DNA from: Octopus vulgaris
Lineage: Eukaryota
Direction: 5' to 3'
DNA length: 64,000 nt
Assembly: GCA_951406725.2 (NCBI GenBank)
Contig: OX597836.1
Span: 17,546,001 to 17,610,000, forward strand
The position numbers were made by a program, and so were the translations under genes. The notes under the pieces are model-generated. The model saw nothing but the letters and a program-made list of their open reading frames with translations, did not search any database and was not told the DNA's origin. Below, piece after piece: positions 15,428 through 27,943 of this stretch (position 1 is its first letter; every line of letters begins with the position of its first letter).

Positions 15428-15813
15428 GTTTATTGAGAGGTGGGTGAATGTTTCGAAAATGGCAAGAGTGAAATGTTATCTCTCTAAATGTAGACCAGTA
15501 AGTCGGAGAAAAGGAATTGGAGAAGGCACTTGCTCCTTGGGTTTTAGGGAAATCTCGGACAGTTGGGTTTCCTCGATTATCACTAGAAGCGTTCCCGCAT
15601 CAGGAGGGCCACATCTCTCTCATCCTCCCCCAACTAATTAAAAAATGTTTTTTTTACCTTTGTATGCTATGTCCCTTCCTTTCCAGTGTATACCGTGTAT
15701 ACTTTATATTTTATTCTTTTTTATCATTTCATTATTATATGTAACCCCCCAACACTTTATCTCTGTCTCTGTATTGTCCCCGCCAACCTTCGCCCTTCAA
15801 GCAAATAAATGAA
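15427..15813 (+). mobile_element. 3' end of a probable L1/Tx1-type LINE
   Basis: EFIERWVNVSKMARVK resembles the F..RW C-terminus of Tx1-type ORF2 (from recall); 3' UTR ends aaataaatgaaa(TTA)n. Confidence 0.5.
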
Positions 15814-15814
15814 A

Positions 15815-15846
<32 letters not shown>

Positions 15847-15848
<2 letters not shown>

Positions 15849-16067
15849 TATGTTTGACTTTTGCTTTATATTTGTACAAATTGGTTCCAAGTCTCACCCA
15901 GAGACCTCAAGAGGCAACAGGTTGGAAGTTCGTATTGTTGTTATGCCTAGTGTGCCATATATTTGGTTTTGTATTTAGTGTTGTACTAGTGAATGCCTGA
16001 AAACAAAAACAAAAAAAACCCAAAAAACGAAAGTTATGTTTGTTTTTAAAACTTGAGGTTACATAGA

Positions 16068-16068
<1 letters not shown>
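15847..16068 (-). mobile_element. Dong/R4-type 3' UTR truncated at the last codons of the ORF
   Basis: Minus strand (AAT)n-TCT ATG TAA (SM*, as in the RRALSM* end at 23335); contains the shared stem-loop; (TAA)n on both sides. Confidence 0.7.
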
Positions 16069-16119
<51 letters not shown>

Positions 16120-16121
<2 letters not shown>

Positions 16122-16670
16122 GAGTGAGTGAGAGAGTAGCGCATGCCACCAATGTGAAACATATACGAAGCACAATGATTACCCGTCTGATACGAGTACA
16201 CATGCATCACAACCATATGTGCCCTACATGGTGATCTCATATCAAGATAAACAACACATGACCTTTCAGTTGGGGTCCAGTTAGGATTTTCTTCAGGTCG
16301 AGTTTCCCATCTCACTCAAAAGGCCCCTGAATAAGGGGTGCTTAAAGATGATGAACGAAACGCCTGTCTTCAGGTCGAGTTGCCCATCTCACACAAAAGG
16401 CCCCTGAATAAGGGGTGCTTAAAGTTGATGAACGAAACGCCTGTCTTCAGGTCGAGTTGCCCATCTCACACAAAAGGCCCCTGAATAAGGGGTGCTTAAA
16501 GAGGATGAACGAAACACCTGTCTTCAGAGGCGAATTAATCAAGCCCAAAAGAGTACCTCTCAATACATGGCTACCGCTACATCTGCACACCATCAGAGAT
16601 GTACGTATTGTCAGCCTCTATGAGAAATGCTCAACTGGTTAAGGGTCAAGCAACAGACAAGCAAAGCCTA
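16120..16670 (-). mobile_element. Repeat family D copy with an internal 3 x 77 bp tandem array
   Basis: Homology to 1507-1934; cttcag recurs at 16291, 16368, 16445 and 16522. Confidence 0.8.
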
Positions 16671-17506
16671 TCTTTTACACCAAGATAACACGTCCAATCA
16701 GTTACGATCAGAAGCCATTAGAGCTTCTACCTGATACTGCGACAGGACATTTTATTATCATTTACTGAAGTAGTGTTGGGCGTCGTTTTTTTTTTAAATC
16801 TGTTAGCAGTTTGTGTTAGAAGATCAACAGCCCTCCCCTCAAAGATGGTCGTTGGGGGATAATAGTTATCACCCTGTGTATTTTTTTTTATCTTCGTGAT
16901 GACAGTGATATCATATTTGCGATCGATACATTCTTGTGAAAGACACTGGAATGATGAATGTGCTTGTCTTTGTAATTATCGGATCGATATTTCCTGGATA
17001 CACATTAGCTAATCAATGTTTCTCAATGCTTTCATGATTAGGATAACTTCTTCTTCTGCTGGTCCTCCTCCTCCTCCTCCTCCTTGCTCCTCTTCTTTTT
17101 TTTTCTTCTTCTTCTTCATCATCTTCTTCTTCTTCTTCTTCTTCTTCTTCTTCTTCTTCTTCTTCTTCTTCTTCTTCTTCTTCTTGCTGCTGTTGTTGAT
17201 ATTGTTTTTTGGTTCTTTTTCTCTTCTGATCATATTTCGTTCTTGTCTTCTCTTCTCTTCTCTCAACAAATCATTGCGTTCGTGATTGCTAAGCAATGTT
17301 TTCAGCAATAAACATTCACACATACACACTCACACTCATATACCTACACACACACACACACACACACAAACAAACACACACACACACACATACATACATG
17401 CATACATACATTCATAGACACATACACACACACACATATATATATATACTTACACATATCAGCACGCACGCACACACACATACACACACACACACTCACA
17501 TATATA

Positions 17507-17548
<42 letters not shown>

Positions 17549-18339
17549 TATACGTACACACTCATACACAAATTATATATGAATATATGTGTATATATAT
17601 ATATGCATATACATACATACACACACATACATACATACACATAATATATATATATATATATATATGAATCTATAAATATATATATCTATTTATACACACA
17701 TACGTACATATATATATGCTAAACACACACACACATATATATATCCCCTAATTATCTAAAACAGCGAAGATTTAGGAATATTTTTCGTGCTCAACAACCC
17801 CTACCCAATCCCTTAAATAGAATGAAAAAAAAAAAATTTTCAGTTTTTAAAACAAACAACATAGATATTCAATAATATCGATTTTTCAATCGGACGTGGA
17901 TAGTTAGAAGGTGGGTGGAGCATCCAACCAAATGCCTCACGTTCTTTTCTGATAAAAAAAACTTTACATTCTCATCAATGCCAATCCAGTTGGGGGTGGT
18001 CTTTGTTTTCTACTCTTTCAGCCATTGATAAAATAAAGTCCCTGGTGAAGTTGAGACGCAGGCGTGGCTGTGTCGTGAGTAGTAAGTTTCCAAACTACAC
18101 GGTTTCGGCTTCTCTCGCCATGCGTGGCACCTTGAGCGAGTTGGATAGTGTCTCTACTATATATACACATATCTACACGCACACACATACACATTCACAC
18201 ACATGTATATATATGTTATATAATATATATACAATATGCATACTGGGGTCGATCTAATCGACTGGCCACCTCCCCCAAAATTTCGGGCCTTGTGCCTAGA
18301 ATAGAAAGAAGAATAAATACAATATAATATATATAATAA

Positions 18340-18733
18340 CTAGCAGTATCGCCCGGCGTTGCTCGGGTTTGTAAGGGAAATAGCTATATAAGCATTTTTA
18401 GAGAGTTATAGCAAAAAAAAGCAAAAAAATGCATTAAAAATGGAAAAAAAATGATGGTAGATTTTTTTAAATCGTTGACTCATCGTAGACATTTTTAGAG
18501 AGTTACTTCCCTTATATAATAGCGAAAAAATGCATTAAAATGGAAAAAAATGATGGTAAATTTTTTTTTAATCGTAGACTCATCGTAGACGCGCGCTAAT
18601 ACCCAGAAGGGCTAGATATGAATCACGACTATAAGATACCCGGTTTTGGTTAAACTGCACCGCAAAATGTGGGAGTAGTTAGGAATCTAAATCGTAGGAG
18701 ACAGACACACAACCTCTCTTTTATATATAAAGA
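18340..18733 (-). mobile_element. Non-autonomous Helitron, subfamily 1
   Basis: TC...hairpin-CTAG termini at an A|T site; near-identical to 8226-8624. Confidence 0.85.
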
Positions 18734-18843
18734 TATATATAATTGTTTGTTTGTATTCCACCTGCCTTCGTCTTTTGTTTATTTTCATAAAGCTTCCCGT
18801 TATATATATATACATGTATACATACGTACATACACACTCACAG

Positions 18844-18880
<37 letters not shown>

Positions 18881-18954
18881 CATGTTATACAGGTATGTCT
18901 GATAAGCGCTAACGCACAATATGCTCGGACCTTGATTCACTCTGTTACTTCTGG

Positions 18955-19590
18955 TAAATATTCGCACTTCTAGCAACGTCATTTACTGCAGCTCCTGCTC
19001 TTTCTGTCCTTCTCTGTACATCGGTGAAACGGGATTCCGCTTGGCTGACCGGTACTTTTGAGGTCACCTGATCGAAGTTTGAGCCGGATCACGCCATTTT
19101 TCTTTCTGGTTTTACTGTGTAAGCATGTCTTCAGAGGTGAATTATTCAAGCCCCAAAGAGTACCTCTCAATACATGGCTACCGATACACCTGCTCACCAT
19201 CAGAGATGTACGTATTGTCAGCCTCTATGAGAAATGCTCAACTGGTTAAGGGTCAAGCAACTGACAAGCAAAGCCTATCTTTTACACCAAGATAACACGT
19301 CCAATCAGAAGCCATGTGCAATGTGCAGCAAAGAAGAATAAAGGGTAGTGATCCGATATCTGTAGACGGGAGATTTGTCAGGTGCTGAAATTCATCGGAG
19401 GCTTTTTTGCGAAATATTGGGACAATATATTACCGCGTAGAAGTGTGTATGAATTACGAATTAATCAAGAAGTTCAAAAATGGTCGGAGAAGTGTGATGC
19501 ACGGAGAAGGGGCAGAACGCCCGTCAACTTCCACCACTCACGAGAAAATTCAGCAAGCTCGAGCGATGGTAATGGTGAACCCGACCACCA
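18955..19590 (+). pseudogene. Mariner transposase 5' remnant interrupted by a ~190 bp insertion
   Basis: Broken frames read MCSKEE*RVVIRYL..GAEIHRRL..PRRSVYE..IKKFKNGRRSV..GAERPSTST (mariner N-terminal HTH and GRP-like motif). Confidence 0.8.
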
Positions 19591-19597
19591 ATACCTA

Positions 19598-19765
19598 TTT
19601 CTTTATTACCCACAAGGGGCTAAACATAGAGGGGACAAACAAGGACAGACATAGGTATTAAGTCAATTATATCGACGCCAGTGTGAAACTGGTACTTTAT
19701 TTATCGACCCCGAAAGGACGAAAGGCAAAGTCGACCTCGGCGTAATTTGAACTCAGAACCTAACG
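19598..19765 (-). mobile_element. SINE family B, 5'-truncated
   Basis: cgaccccgaaaggacgaaaggcaaagtcgacctcggc. Confidence 0.85.
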
Positions 19766-19766
19766 A

Positions 19767-19982
19767 CATCACTGCGCTTCGATCTTCTTTGGTGTACATC
19801 GCTCGTGGAGCAGCCATACTTAGACTGTATAGCCAGAAGGAAAAATGGCGCGATCAGGCTCAAGCTTCGATCACGTGACCATGATAGTACCAACTATAAG
19901 CACGCATGCGCAGAAGGCAGTGAGACTACAATAATGATATCGTATGGCGAAAGTGCGGCTAAATTTTGACTTCCCCTCGGAT
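19767..19982 (-). mobile_element. Second mariner 5' end (TIR, 5' UTR, first codons)
   Basis: Minus strand TATCCGAGGGGAAGTCAAAATTTAGCCGCAC (mariner-like TIR) ... ATG reading MAAPRAMYTKEDRSAVM; inverted homologue of 19040-19127. Confidence 0.75.
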
Positions 19983-20373
19983 ATATGTGTGTGTGTCTAT
20001 GTGTGTGTATATATCTATATATATATTTATGTATGTATGTATGTATATATATGTACTTATATATATATATATATATATAAAAAAAGGAAATGAAGAAAAT
20101 GCTGACAAAATAATTTAAGTAAGGGAGAGTGTATTTAATTAGGTGAAAGTTGTTTTTACCGGTTGCGCATTTGTTATGTTTATCAAAAGATATTTTGAGT
20201 GAGGTAGAGTTCCTTTCTGATGGATTTTTTTCTCTTATCTGTATATATATATATATATATATCCCACTAGAATGGGAGCAAGCGCTAATCCGAATGATAT
20301 GATATATATGTAAAAAATGTAATATATAAATAAATATCTACAAATATGAACCATCTGATCTGATTACCTCAAT

Positions 20374-20425
<52 letters not shown>

Positions 20426-20524
20426 AATGACTCGCAAATTCGTAAAGCGTTTCATATTTTTATAATCAAGGTGGTGCCCCGGTATGGCATCAGTCCAAAG
20501 ACTGAAAAAAGTAAAATATAAAAA

Positions 20525-20581
<57 letters not shown>

Positions 20582-20679
20582 TTGAAAATATGTGGAAAAA
20601 TATAAAAAAATGCCTTCGTTTCATATAGTTTAATATCTTTTTATTAATAAATACATATTATATGGATGTCGTGAAATCC

Positions 20680-20890
20680 AGGCGGTGTGTGTCTCCCCAC
20701 CTCACTGTTTGAAAAACCGGTACTGGTTTGTATATGTCCCTATAATTTAGCCGTTCGGCAAAAGAGTCTTGCAGAATAAGCACCTCACTTTTAAAGAAAT
20801 ATTAGGTATTGGGGTCGATTAGCTCGACTAAACTTTTCAAGGTAGTACTCCAGCATGGCCACAGTCCAATGATTGAAACGTAAAAAGTAA
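20680..20890 (+). mobile_element. SINE family A, 3' half
   Basis: ggggtcgatt..ctcgactaa...ctccagcatggccacagtc. Confidence 0.75.
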
Positions 20891-20939
20891 AAAATAAAAA
20901 AAAACAATAAGCACAATAATAAACAACAGCAACAACAAT

Positions 20940-21255
20940 TGGTACTCCGTCGGTTGCGACGACAGGGTTCCAGTTGATCCGATCAACGGAACGACCTGCT
21001 CGTGAAATAAACGTGCAAGAGAATCGATCCCTGCACTCCACAGACACGTGTACCCATAATGCAGCTCTCAGCGAGATTCAGCATGACACGGAATGTGACA
21101 TGTCTGGCCATTTGAAATTACCGGGAAAACTCACTTTTTGCCAACTGAAAGCGAAATAAAGTGTCTTGCTCAAGGACACAACACAACGTACCACCGGGAA
21201 TCGAATGCACAAGCTTTCGATCGTGAACCGGATGCACTAACCACTCGACCACGCT
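20940..21255 (-). mobile_element. Diverged SINE related to family C
   Basis: actccgtcggttgcgacgacagggttcc tail; gggaatcgaa...ctaaccact head. Confidence 0.7.
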
Positions 21256-22641
21256 CATTGACTGCAATAGCAAGAAATTTAAACACCACCACCAACAACA
21301 ACACGAACAACACCAGCACCAGCACCACCGTTACCACAACAGCAACAACAACGATAGCAAAATATATAAATACAAATATCACCACAATAACAGGTACAAA
21401 CACACACAACAAGAAATATATAAGGACTTTATAAAAACAACCACTCCATCGACAACATCAGCAAACACTGTCAGCAGCCACGACAATTTAACAAAAACGA
21501 GATCATTTACAAACGCAACCACGACGAAAAACATTATAAACATAAAGACTTGAACAACAACACTTATAAGCCGCCACCATCACCACAAGAGATATAAACA
21601 GACAACCAGATAAAAAATTATATAAAACTACTGCAACTAGAAAAAAAGTAAACCAAGACAACAAAAGCAAACACTATACAAAACACTACGAACGCAGCAT
21701 CAACAAGAGTAATACACATAAACACATATATACACAGCAAAAAGAAGAGCTAAGAACATTACACTCTTATTGAACAAGGGCCGCAAAAACAGACATACAA
21801 CAAGATGTATAAATACTAAGGCAAGACGGCGTCACAAATATAAGCACATACATACATACATATATACATACATACATACATATATACATACATAAATACA
21901 TACATACATATATACATACATACATAAATATATACATACATGCATACATATATACAAACATACATACATACATACATATATACATACATGCATACATACA
22001 TATATACATACATACATAAATATATACATACATACATGCATACATACATATATACATGCGTACATATATGTATATACATACATATATGTATAAACAAAGA
22101 AATACAATCACACGCATACATACATTCATGCATACACGAATATACAAGAAACATCATCACACATACACACATACATACATAGATACACATACATACATAC
22201 ATACACATACATACATACACACATACACACATACATACACATACATACATACATACATGCATACTTAATGGCATACATACATACATACAAACACGCTTTA
22301 CAAAAAGGATGATCGCACACATATACACACTCACACACATAACAAGATGTGTTGACACTAACACAATAACAACGAACTCTCACCGCAATTAAGGTGTTTT
22401 CACTGCTGTGCTAACAAAATTATTTTGATAAGCTGTCAGCGGATTGACCCTGGACTATAAATTTAGTTAAATATACACCGGACATTTAGTCTCAACAAGG
22501 TGTGGAGACAATTAAATTCATAACACTACATTAATAATACATGTTTTTTAGCGCTCACTATCTTGTTGATGTGAATTTATAATTTATATACGTATGTATG
22601 TACGGATGAACGTGGGTGTATGCATGTATGCGTGTGTCTGT

Positions 22642-22682
<41 letters not shown>

Positions 22683-22949
22683 TACACGCGAGCGTGTGCG
22701 TATGTGCCTTTTGTCTCGTACTTTTTTCTGTCATTGGACTACGGCCATGCTGGGGCACCGACCTGAACGGTTCAGTCGAAAAAACATCGATACCTGTCTT
22801 TATGTTTCAAGTCTGATACAGGGATGTAACGAAACCAACACCGGTTGTCAAGTCGTAACGTATAGGCACAAGCGTACGCGCACCACACACACACACACAT
22901 ACACACACACACACACAAACAAACACACACAGTAATAATAATGATAAAA

Positions 22950-23118
22950 ATCATCCATGGATGGAATTTATTAATATTTTAATGCATCGCTACGCGCGTT
23001 TCCACAATTCACATGTTTCTTAAGATCATAGTCTGTATTTCTGGAATGATTACAATATTGTCCACATTCCTGGGATAATTACAGTACAATCCATATATTT
23101 ATAAATTCCATCCATTGG

Positions 23119-23122
<4 letters not shown>
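22950..23122. mobile_element. Short element with ~28 bp inverted ends and half an HHR
   Basis: atccatggatggaatttattaatat versus atatttataaattccatccattggat; minus strand GAAACGCGCGTA inside. Confidence 0.5.
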
Positions 23123-23167
<45 letters not shown>

Positions 23168-23168
<1 letters not shown>

Positions 23169-24509
23169 TTTTTTTCTTTCAAATTTTCTTCCATTTCTTG
23201 GAGTCTTCCCGACTCCTAGGGCAAAGAAACTCATAGTGTATATTGGTAGGCCATTAAACCAAACTCAGTAGTTCGTTCATTTTTTATTATTTTTTTTTTT
23301 AAGTTAAATTAAAATACATGAGCAGCAACAGTTCTCACATCGACAATGCTCTTCTCAATACGTGTGATGTACCAGTTAAGACAATCTTTTGCACTTCTTG
23401 CAGGGATGGTAAGCCAGGGATCATTCTCATATAATTTTCGGTTCCCTTCTTGATCATTCCTAGTGCTCCTACGATCACTGGTATTGTAACCGCCTTGAGA
23501 TGCCACATTTTCTCAATTTCAATGAGTAGGTCTTTATATTTTCTGAGCTTGTCAAACTCTTTCGCTGAGATATTATGATCACAGGGGATGCTCATGTCGA
23601 TCAATAAGCAAACTTTATCGTTTTGGTCTTTCACAACAATATCTGGTTTATTGGCCTTGATGGTTCGGTCTGTATGTACTGGAAAGTCCCACAGAATGGT
23701 TACATTTTCTCCTTCAGTTACAGCCTCAGGGTGGTGTTTATACCACTTGTCGGCAGTTTTGATATTGTAATGCCGACTTATTAGCCAGTGGAGATATTGG
23801 CCAACTCTGTCATGTCTTAATTTATACTCCACTGGTGCTAAGACTTTACATCCAGAGATTAGGTGGTCCACTGTTTCAATCATGTCGTTGCAGAATCGGC
23901 ATTTTGGGTCTGCTCCATTTTTCATCACATTGGCCTGGTAGTTCCGGGTTAATAGGCTTTGGTCTTGAGCAGCCAGGATGAAACCTTCGCTCTCTGCTTT
24001 TAGCCCTGAGCTCCGCAGCCACTGATGGGTTTGCTTCTGGTCAACATCAGCTTGTTTGCTGCGGGTCACATATTTGCCGTGCAGAGGTTTCTCCTCCCAC
24101 CTATCAGCCAATTGCTCGTGCGCTTTTTTCATTGCCATCATTTTCACCTTCTTTGCAACAATAGTTGCCGTACTTCCCTCGGGTTGTTCAGTTTGGGTAT
24201 CCTGCACGAGATCAATAGCAAAATTTTTGCTTTCCTTGATGATAGAATGAAGCTTCTTTCGTCTCTCGTGATTTTCCACGAGCTTTAGCATCCAGTCATT
24301 CAATATTTCGAGATATTTGGCCAGTCCAATAGTGGTTGTTTTGTAAGCTAGTTCAAATTGGATCAGGCCTCGACCTCCTTGGGCTCTGGGAAGGTAAAGG
24401 CGATCTACGTCTGCCTTTGGGTGGTGCATCCTATTACAACTCAGCAGCTTGCGTATTTTTCTATCTATATTCTTTACTTCACTCATATTCCAGTTCAACA
24501 CATTGTAGC

Positions 24510-24511
<2 letters not shown>
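23168..24511 (-). mobile_element. 5'-truncated Dong/R4-clade non-LTR retrotransposon in a (TAA)n array
   Basis: RLE-type ORF plus ~165 bp 3' UTR, (TAA)n on both flanks; Dong elements are known to target TAA repeats. Confidence 0.9.
23335..24510 (-). CDS. C-terminal 391 aa of retrotransposon ORF: RT thumb, CCHC zinc knuckle, restriction-like endonuclease
   Basis: RLYLPRAQGGRGL, AAQDQ, CRFC..ETVDHLISGC, RHD, KPDIVV, LLIDMSIP, K..KY..L, PVIVGALG; no stops or frameshifts; lacks a native start. Confidence 0.9.
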
Positions 24512-24560
<49 letters not shown>

Positions 24561-24561
<1 letters not shown>

Positions 24562-24724
24562 CATATTTCCTTCTTTCTTCAAACTTTCTTCCGTTTCTCG
24601 CCGAGTGTTTTCCGTACACCTAGGGCAGAGAAGCTCATTGTATGCATTCCCAGATTACACACGCAAATTCACAGGGAAAATATGTATTTAAAAAAATTAA
24701 TGAATAATTAAATGAATATTAATG

Positions 24725-24728
<4 letters not shown>
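24561..24728 (-). mobile_element. 3' UTR-only copy of a second Dong/R4 subfamily
   Basis: Aligns to 23170-23245 (ATGAG..TCT.TGCCCTAGG...GAGAAA.GGAAGAAA.TTTGAA); (TAA)n on both sides. Confidence 0.75.
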
Positions 24729-24817
<89 letters not shown>

Positions 24818-25243
24818 TCTATTTATCCTACATCTCTGTGCAACCCCGAAAATCTGTAATTGTTAGTTGGCATCATCAGGCTGTAGCTGGCATGATAAAA
24901 TAGAAGTTTTTATATGCGTACTCAAAAACGTTCCCAAAGTTCACTTAGAAGCATTTCGAAGAATTCTAGAGTTTACTAAAAGTCCATTGACCAGAATGAA
25001 GAATGACACATCTGTAATTGAGGATTACATCATACGAATCAGAACACGCGTTTCTCTTACATAAGCTTTTTTTGGGATATAACCATGTTTTTCATTTGCG
25101 AATAAAGGATACTACTTCAGGATCCTAACAGTTGTATTGGCCAGACACATACAACACTTTTCCAGTGACTCATCATGCATATAAACAAGGAGCAACTGCA
25201 ACACACGGCTGCACACGCCATAAGCTAGGTAGAAAAACCGTAA

Positions 25244-25632
25244 TCTATATATATAAAGCTGAAGTTGTCTGTGTATGGCAGGTTTGGTAGCCTTCAACTA
25301 ACACTGTCTCCTCCGAGACCCTGCGGCGCAAGTTGACTAAACTTGAGATTATGATAGAAGAAGGCTTGTTCTTCATTTCTTAGAAGATAAAATTCAAATC
25401 GGACCATGTTAACACCAAAAATTATTTACATCAAAAAGGTGCTTTTTTTCTATAAAAATCCCTATTTTTACGATTTTTTGACTGCTGCGTCGCCATTTTT
25501 CGGTGTATTTTAACCATAAAAATGTTCACTTAAAGAGAATAACAAGCTACATAATGCAAAAGTTTTACTTTTCAAAAACTCCAATTCCAAAGAGTCGAAA
25601 CAAACCCGAGCAACGCCGAGCGATACTGCCAG
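25244..25632 (+). mobile_element. Non-autonomous Helitron, subfamily 2
   Basis: A|TCTATATATATAAAGC...AAACCCGAGCAACGCCGAGCGATACTGCCAG|T; inverted homologue at 31030. Confidence 0.8.
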
Positions 25633-26710
25633 TAAACAATATTTCAGCTCTATATGAAATTCCCTACAAAATAGACGATTAATCATAGAAGCAATACTCA
25701 TATCATAATACAATGCTAAAGTCACTGCATATCTCAAACAGCACAAATACGTGACTGATGACGTGTAACAGCAAAAAATATCTACATCATGGTGTAGAAT
25801 GTTAGCATTCAAATTCTGGCTGTGAAACGAAAGCTGGGCAGAAGCCAACACTACGTCATATCCTGAAAATGCGGCTGCGACAGCCTGGAAAAGCCAGTCA
25901 TAAATTTCCGAAGTTCCAAAATGTTTTCAAGCATCTTAAATAGAGTTTCGAAGCATCCTAATAACATCGAACCCCTGGAGAGAGACTCACAGATAGTTTA
26001 TGCCATGCCATGCCATGCCATCGCAGAACAAACGGGCCTCACCAGCAATCTGGAGTGCGTAATAATTTTGTTCATACGTGATGTTCCTCTAATCTTGACA
26101 ACAAAGCTCACACCAGAGCAGGACGTGTAGCTTCTCATGAAATTATGAGAGGAATATGATGTTGTAGTTTGAAGGATTATGCTTTGATATCCAAGTGCAA
26201 GCATTAGATAAGAAGTATGCACCGAGGAAAAAGAGACAGTGAAGCGCTTAAACATTAAAAAACCAGTGCTAAAATATCGATTATGTTATATTCATGTGGA
26301 AGATATTACACCATTTTCTCTAAAATGTCGTTTGGCTGCTATCTTTTAATGTGGCATAAAGTTGATACTAAAACAATATAAAATATACAACGTGATTAGA
26401 ATGTAAAGATTGCCCCGACATAACTATATAAAATATATGCCTCCTGTTAAATACACACACACGCACGCATGCGCAGGCACATCCAAATACCAACATCTAC
26501 CCACATATACATACCCAGACGCACACACATATGTATACCCACAAAACTTTTATATACACACACACACATATATATGCATGCTGGCATGTATGTATATGTA
26601 TATGTTTCCATGTCTATATATATATGTGTGTATATATATATGTATGTATGTATATACATATATATATATATACATTTTATATATATATATATATAAATGT
26701 ATGTATTTAT

Positions 26711-26757
<47 letters not shown>

Positions 26758-27229
26758 TGTATGTATGTATGTGTGTATCAACATATATGTTCTGGTGTGA
26801 CAGTCTTCTAAAAAATTCCGCCATGTGCCGGGTAAATATTATAGTAATGATAGAGCTTTGAGTTGCTTCGTAGTGAACAGAAATCATTTGTGTTTGCGAC
26901 TGAAGTTCAACATCTAACGCTTCTTAACACTTCAGTGTCGTTATCTCAATTACACTAAGGATGGAGCTTATGGCTTTCCATTACCTTTTGGTAGAATACA
27001 GCTCAGAATTTCTAGGGATAAAAGAAATAATGAATAAAGTATATTATATTATATATATATAATATAACCTGCTATAATGTAATACATGTCTTTGGTGTGG
27101 TAATTGTACGCGGCTGAAGAAGGCTTTTGACCTACCTGTTATATCAATTATGCATTGATATAAATTGTGCAATAAACCAGAAACATATGTACCGCAAAAT
27201 CCTTTGCTCCGTCCCATTTTTCTTTTGAT

Positions 27230-27325
<96 letters not shown>

Positions 27326-27559
27326 GCAGACATGCGCACGCACACAGAGACACATATATAACTATATATGTAAAATTAAATAAGGGTAGAAATTAATATT
27401 AATCAATTAAAACCAGTGGCCTAACATATTTTAAAAAATCCGAAGATTAAAAATTGTTTTACTGATTTGTCTTGCTTATTTTTACACTTTGGTTTTTTGC
27501 TGAGTTTTTTTCGTGGAAAATGGCGATTTTGACGTCTACATCTAGCGTATAGGCTGTCC

Positions 27560-27943
27560 GGAGGCGCAATGGCCCAGTGGTTAGGGCAGCGGACTCGCGG
27601 TCATAGGATCGCGGTTTCGATTCCCAGACCGGGCGTTGTGAGTGTTTATTGAGCGAAAACACCTAAAGCTCCACGAGGCTCCGACAGGGGATGGTGGTGA
27701 TCCCTGCTGTACTCTTTCAGCACAACTTTCTCATACTCTTACTTCCTGTTTCTGTAGTACCTGTATTTCAAAGGGCCGGCCTTGTCACTCTCTGTGTCAC
27801 GCTGAATATCCCCGAGAACTACGTTAAGGGTACACGTGTCTGTGGAGTGCTCAGCCACTTACACGTTAATTTCACGAGCAGGCTGTTCCTTTTATTCGGA
27901 TCAACCGGAACCCTCGTCGTCGTAACCGACGGAGTGCTTCCAA
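27560..27943 (+). mobile_element. Young full-length tRNA-derived SINE family C
   Basis: A box TGGCCCAGTGG, B box GTTTCGATTCC; 11 bp TSD ATAGGCTGTCC (27549-27559, 27944-27954). Confidence 0.92.

Noticed and set aside
16291-16527. Regularly spaced repeats suggesting a CRISPR array
   Set aside because: Whole units are duplicated with no unique spacers; eukaryotic context and no cas genes
19835-19935. Host housekeeping promoter (YY1, E-box, NRF1-like motifs)
   Set aside because: Lies within a mariner 5' UTR with an inverted homologue at 19040-19127
24511-24582. MKKEGNMIIII N-terminus of the 415 aa ORF
   Set aside because: Read-through from the adjacent 3' UTR and TAA array, not the native start
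27560-27630. tRNA gene candidates here and at 13898-13968 and 47343-47400
   Set aside because: A/B boxes are present but I see no convincing acceptor stem, and they are heads of larger repeats
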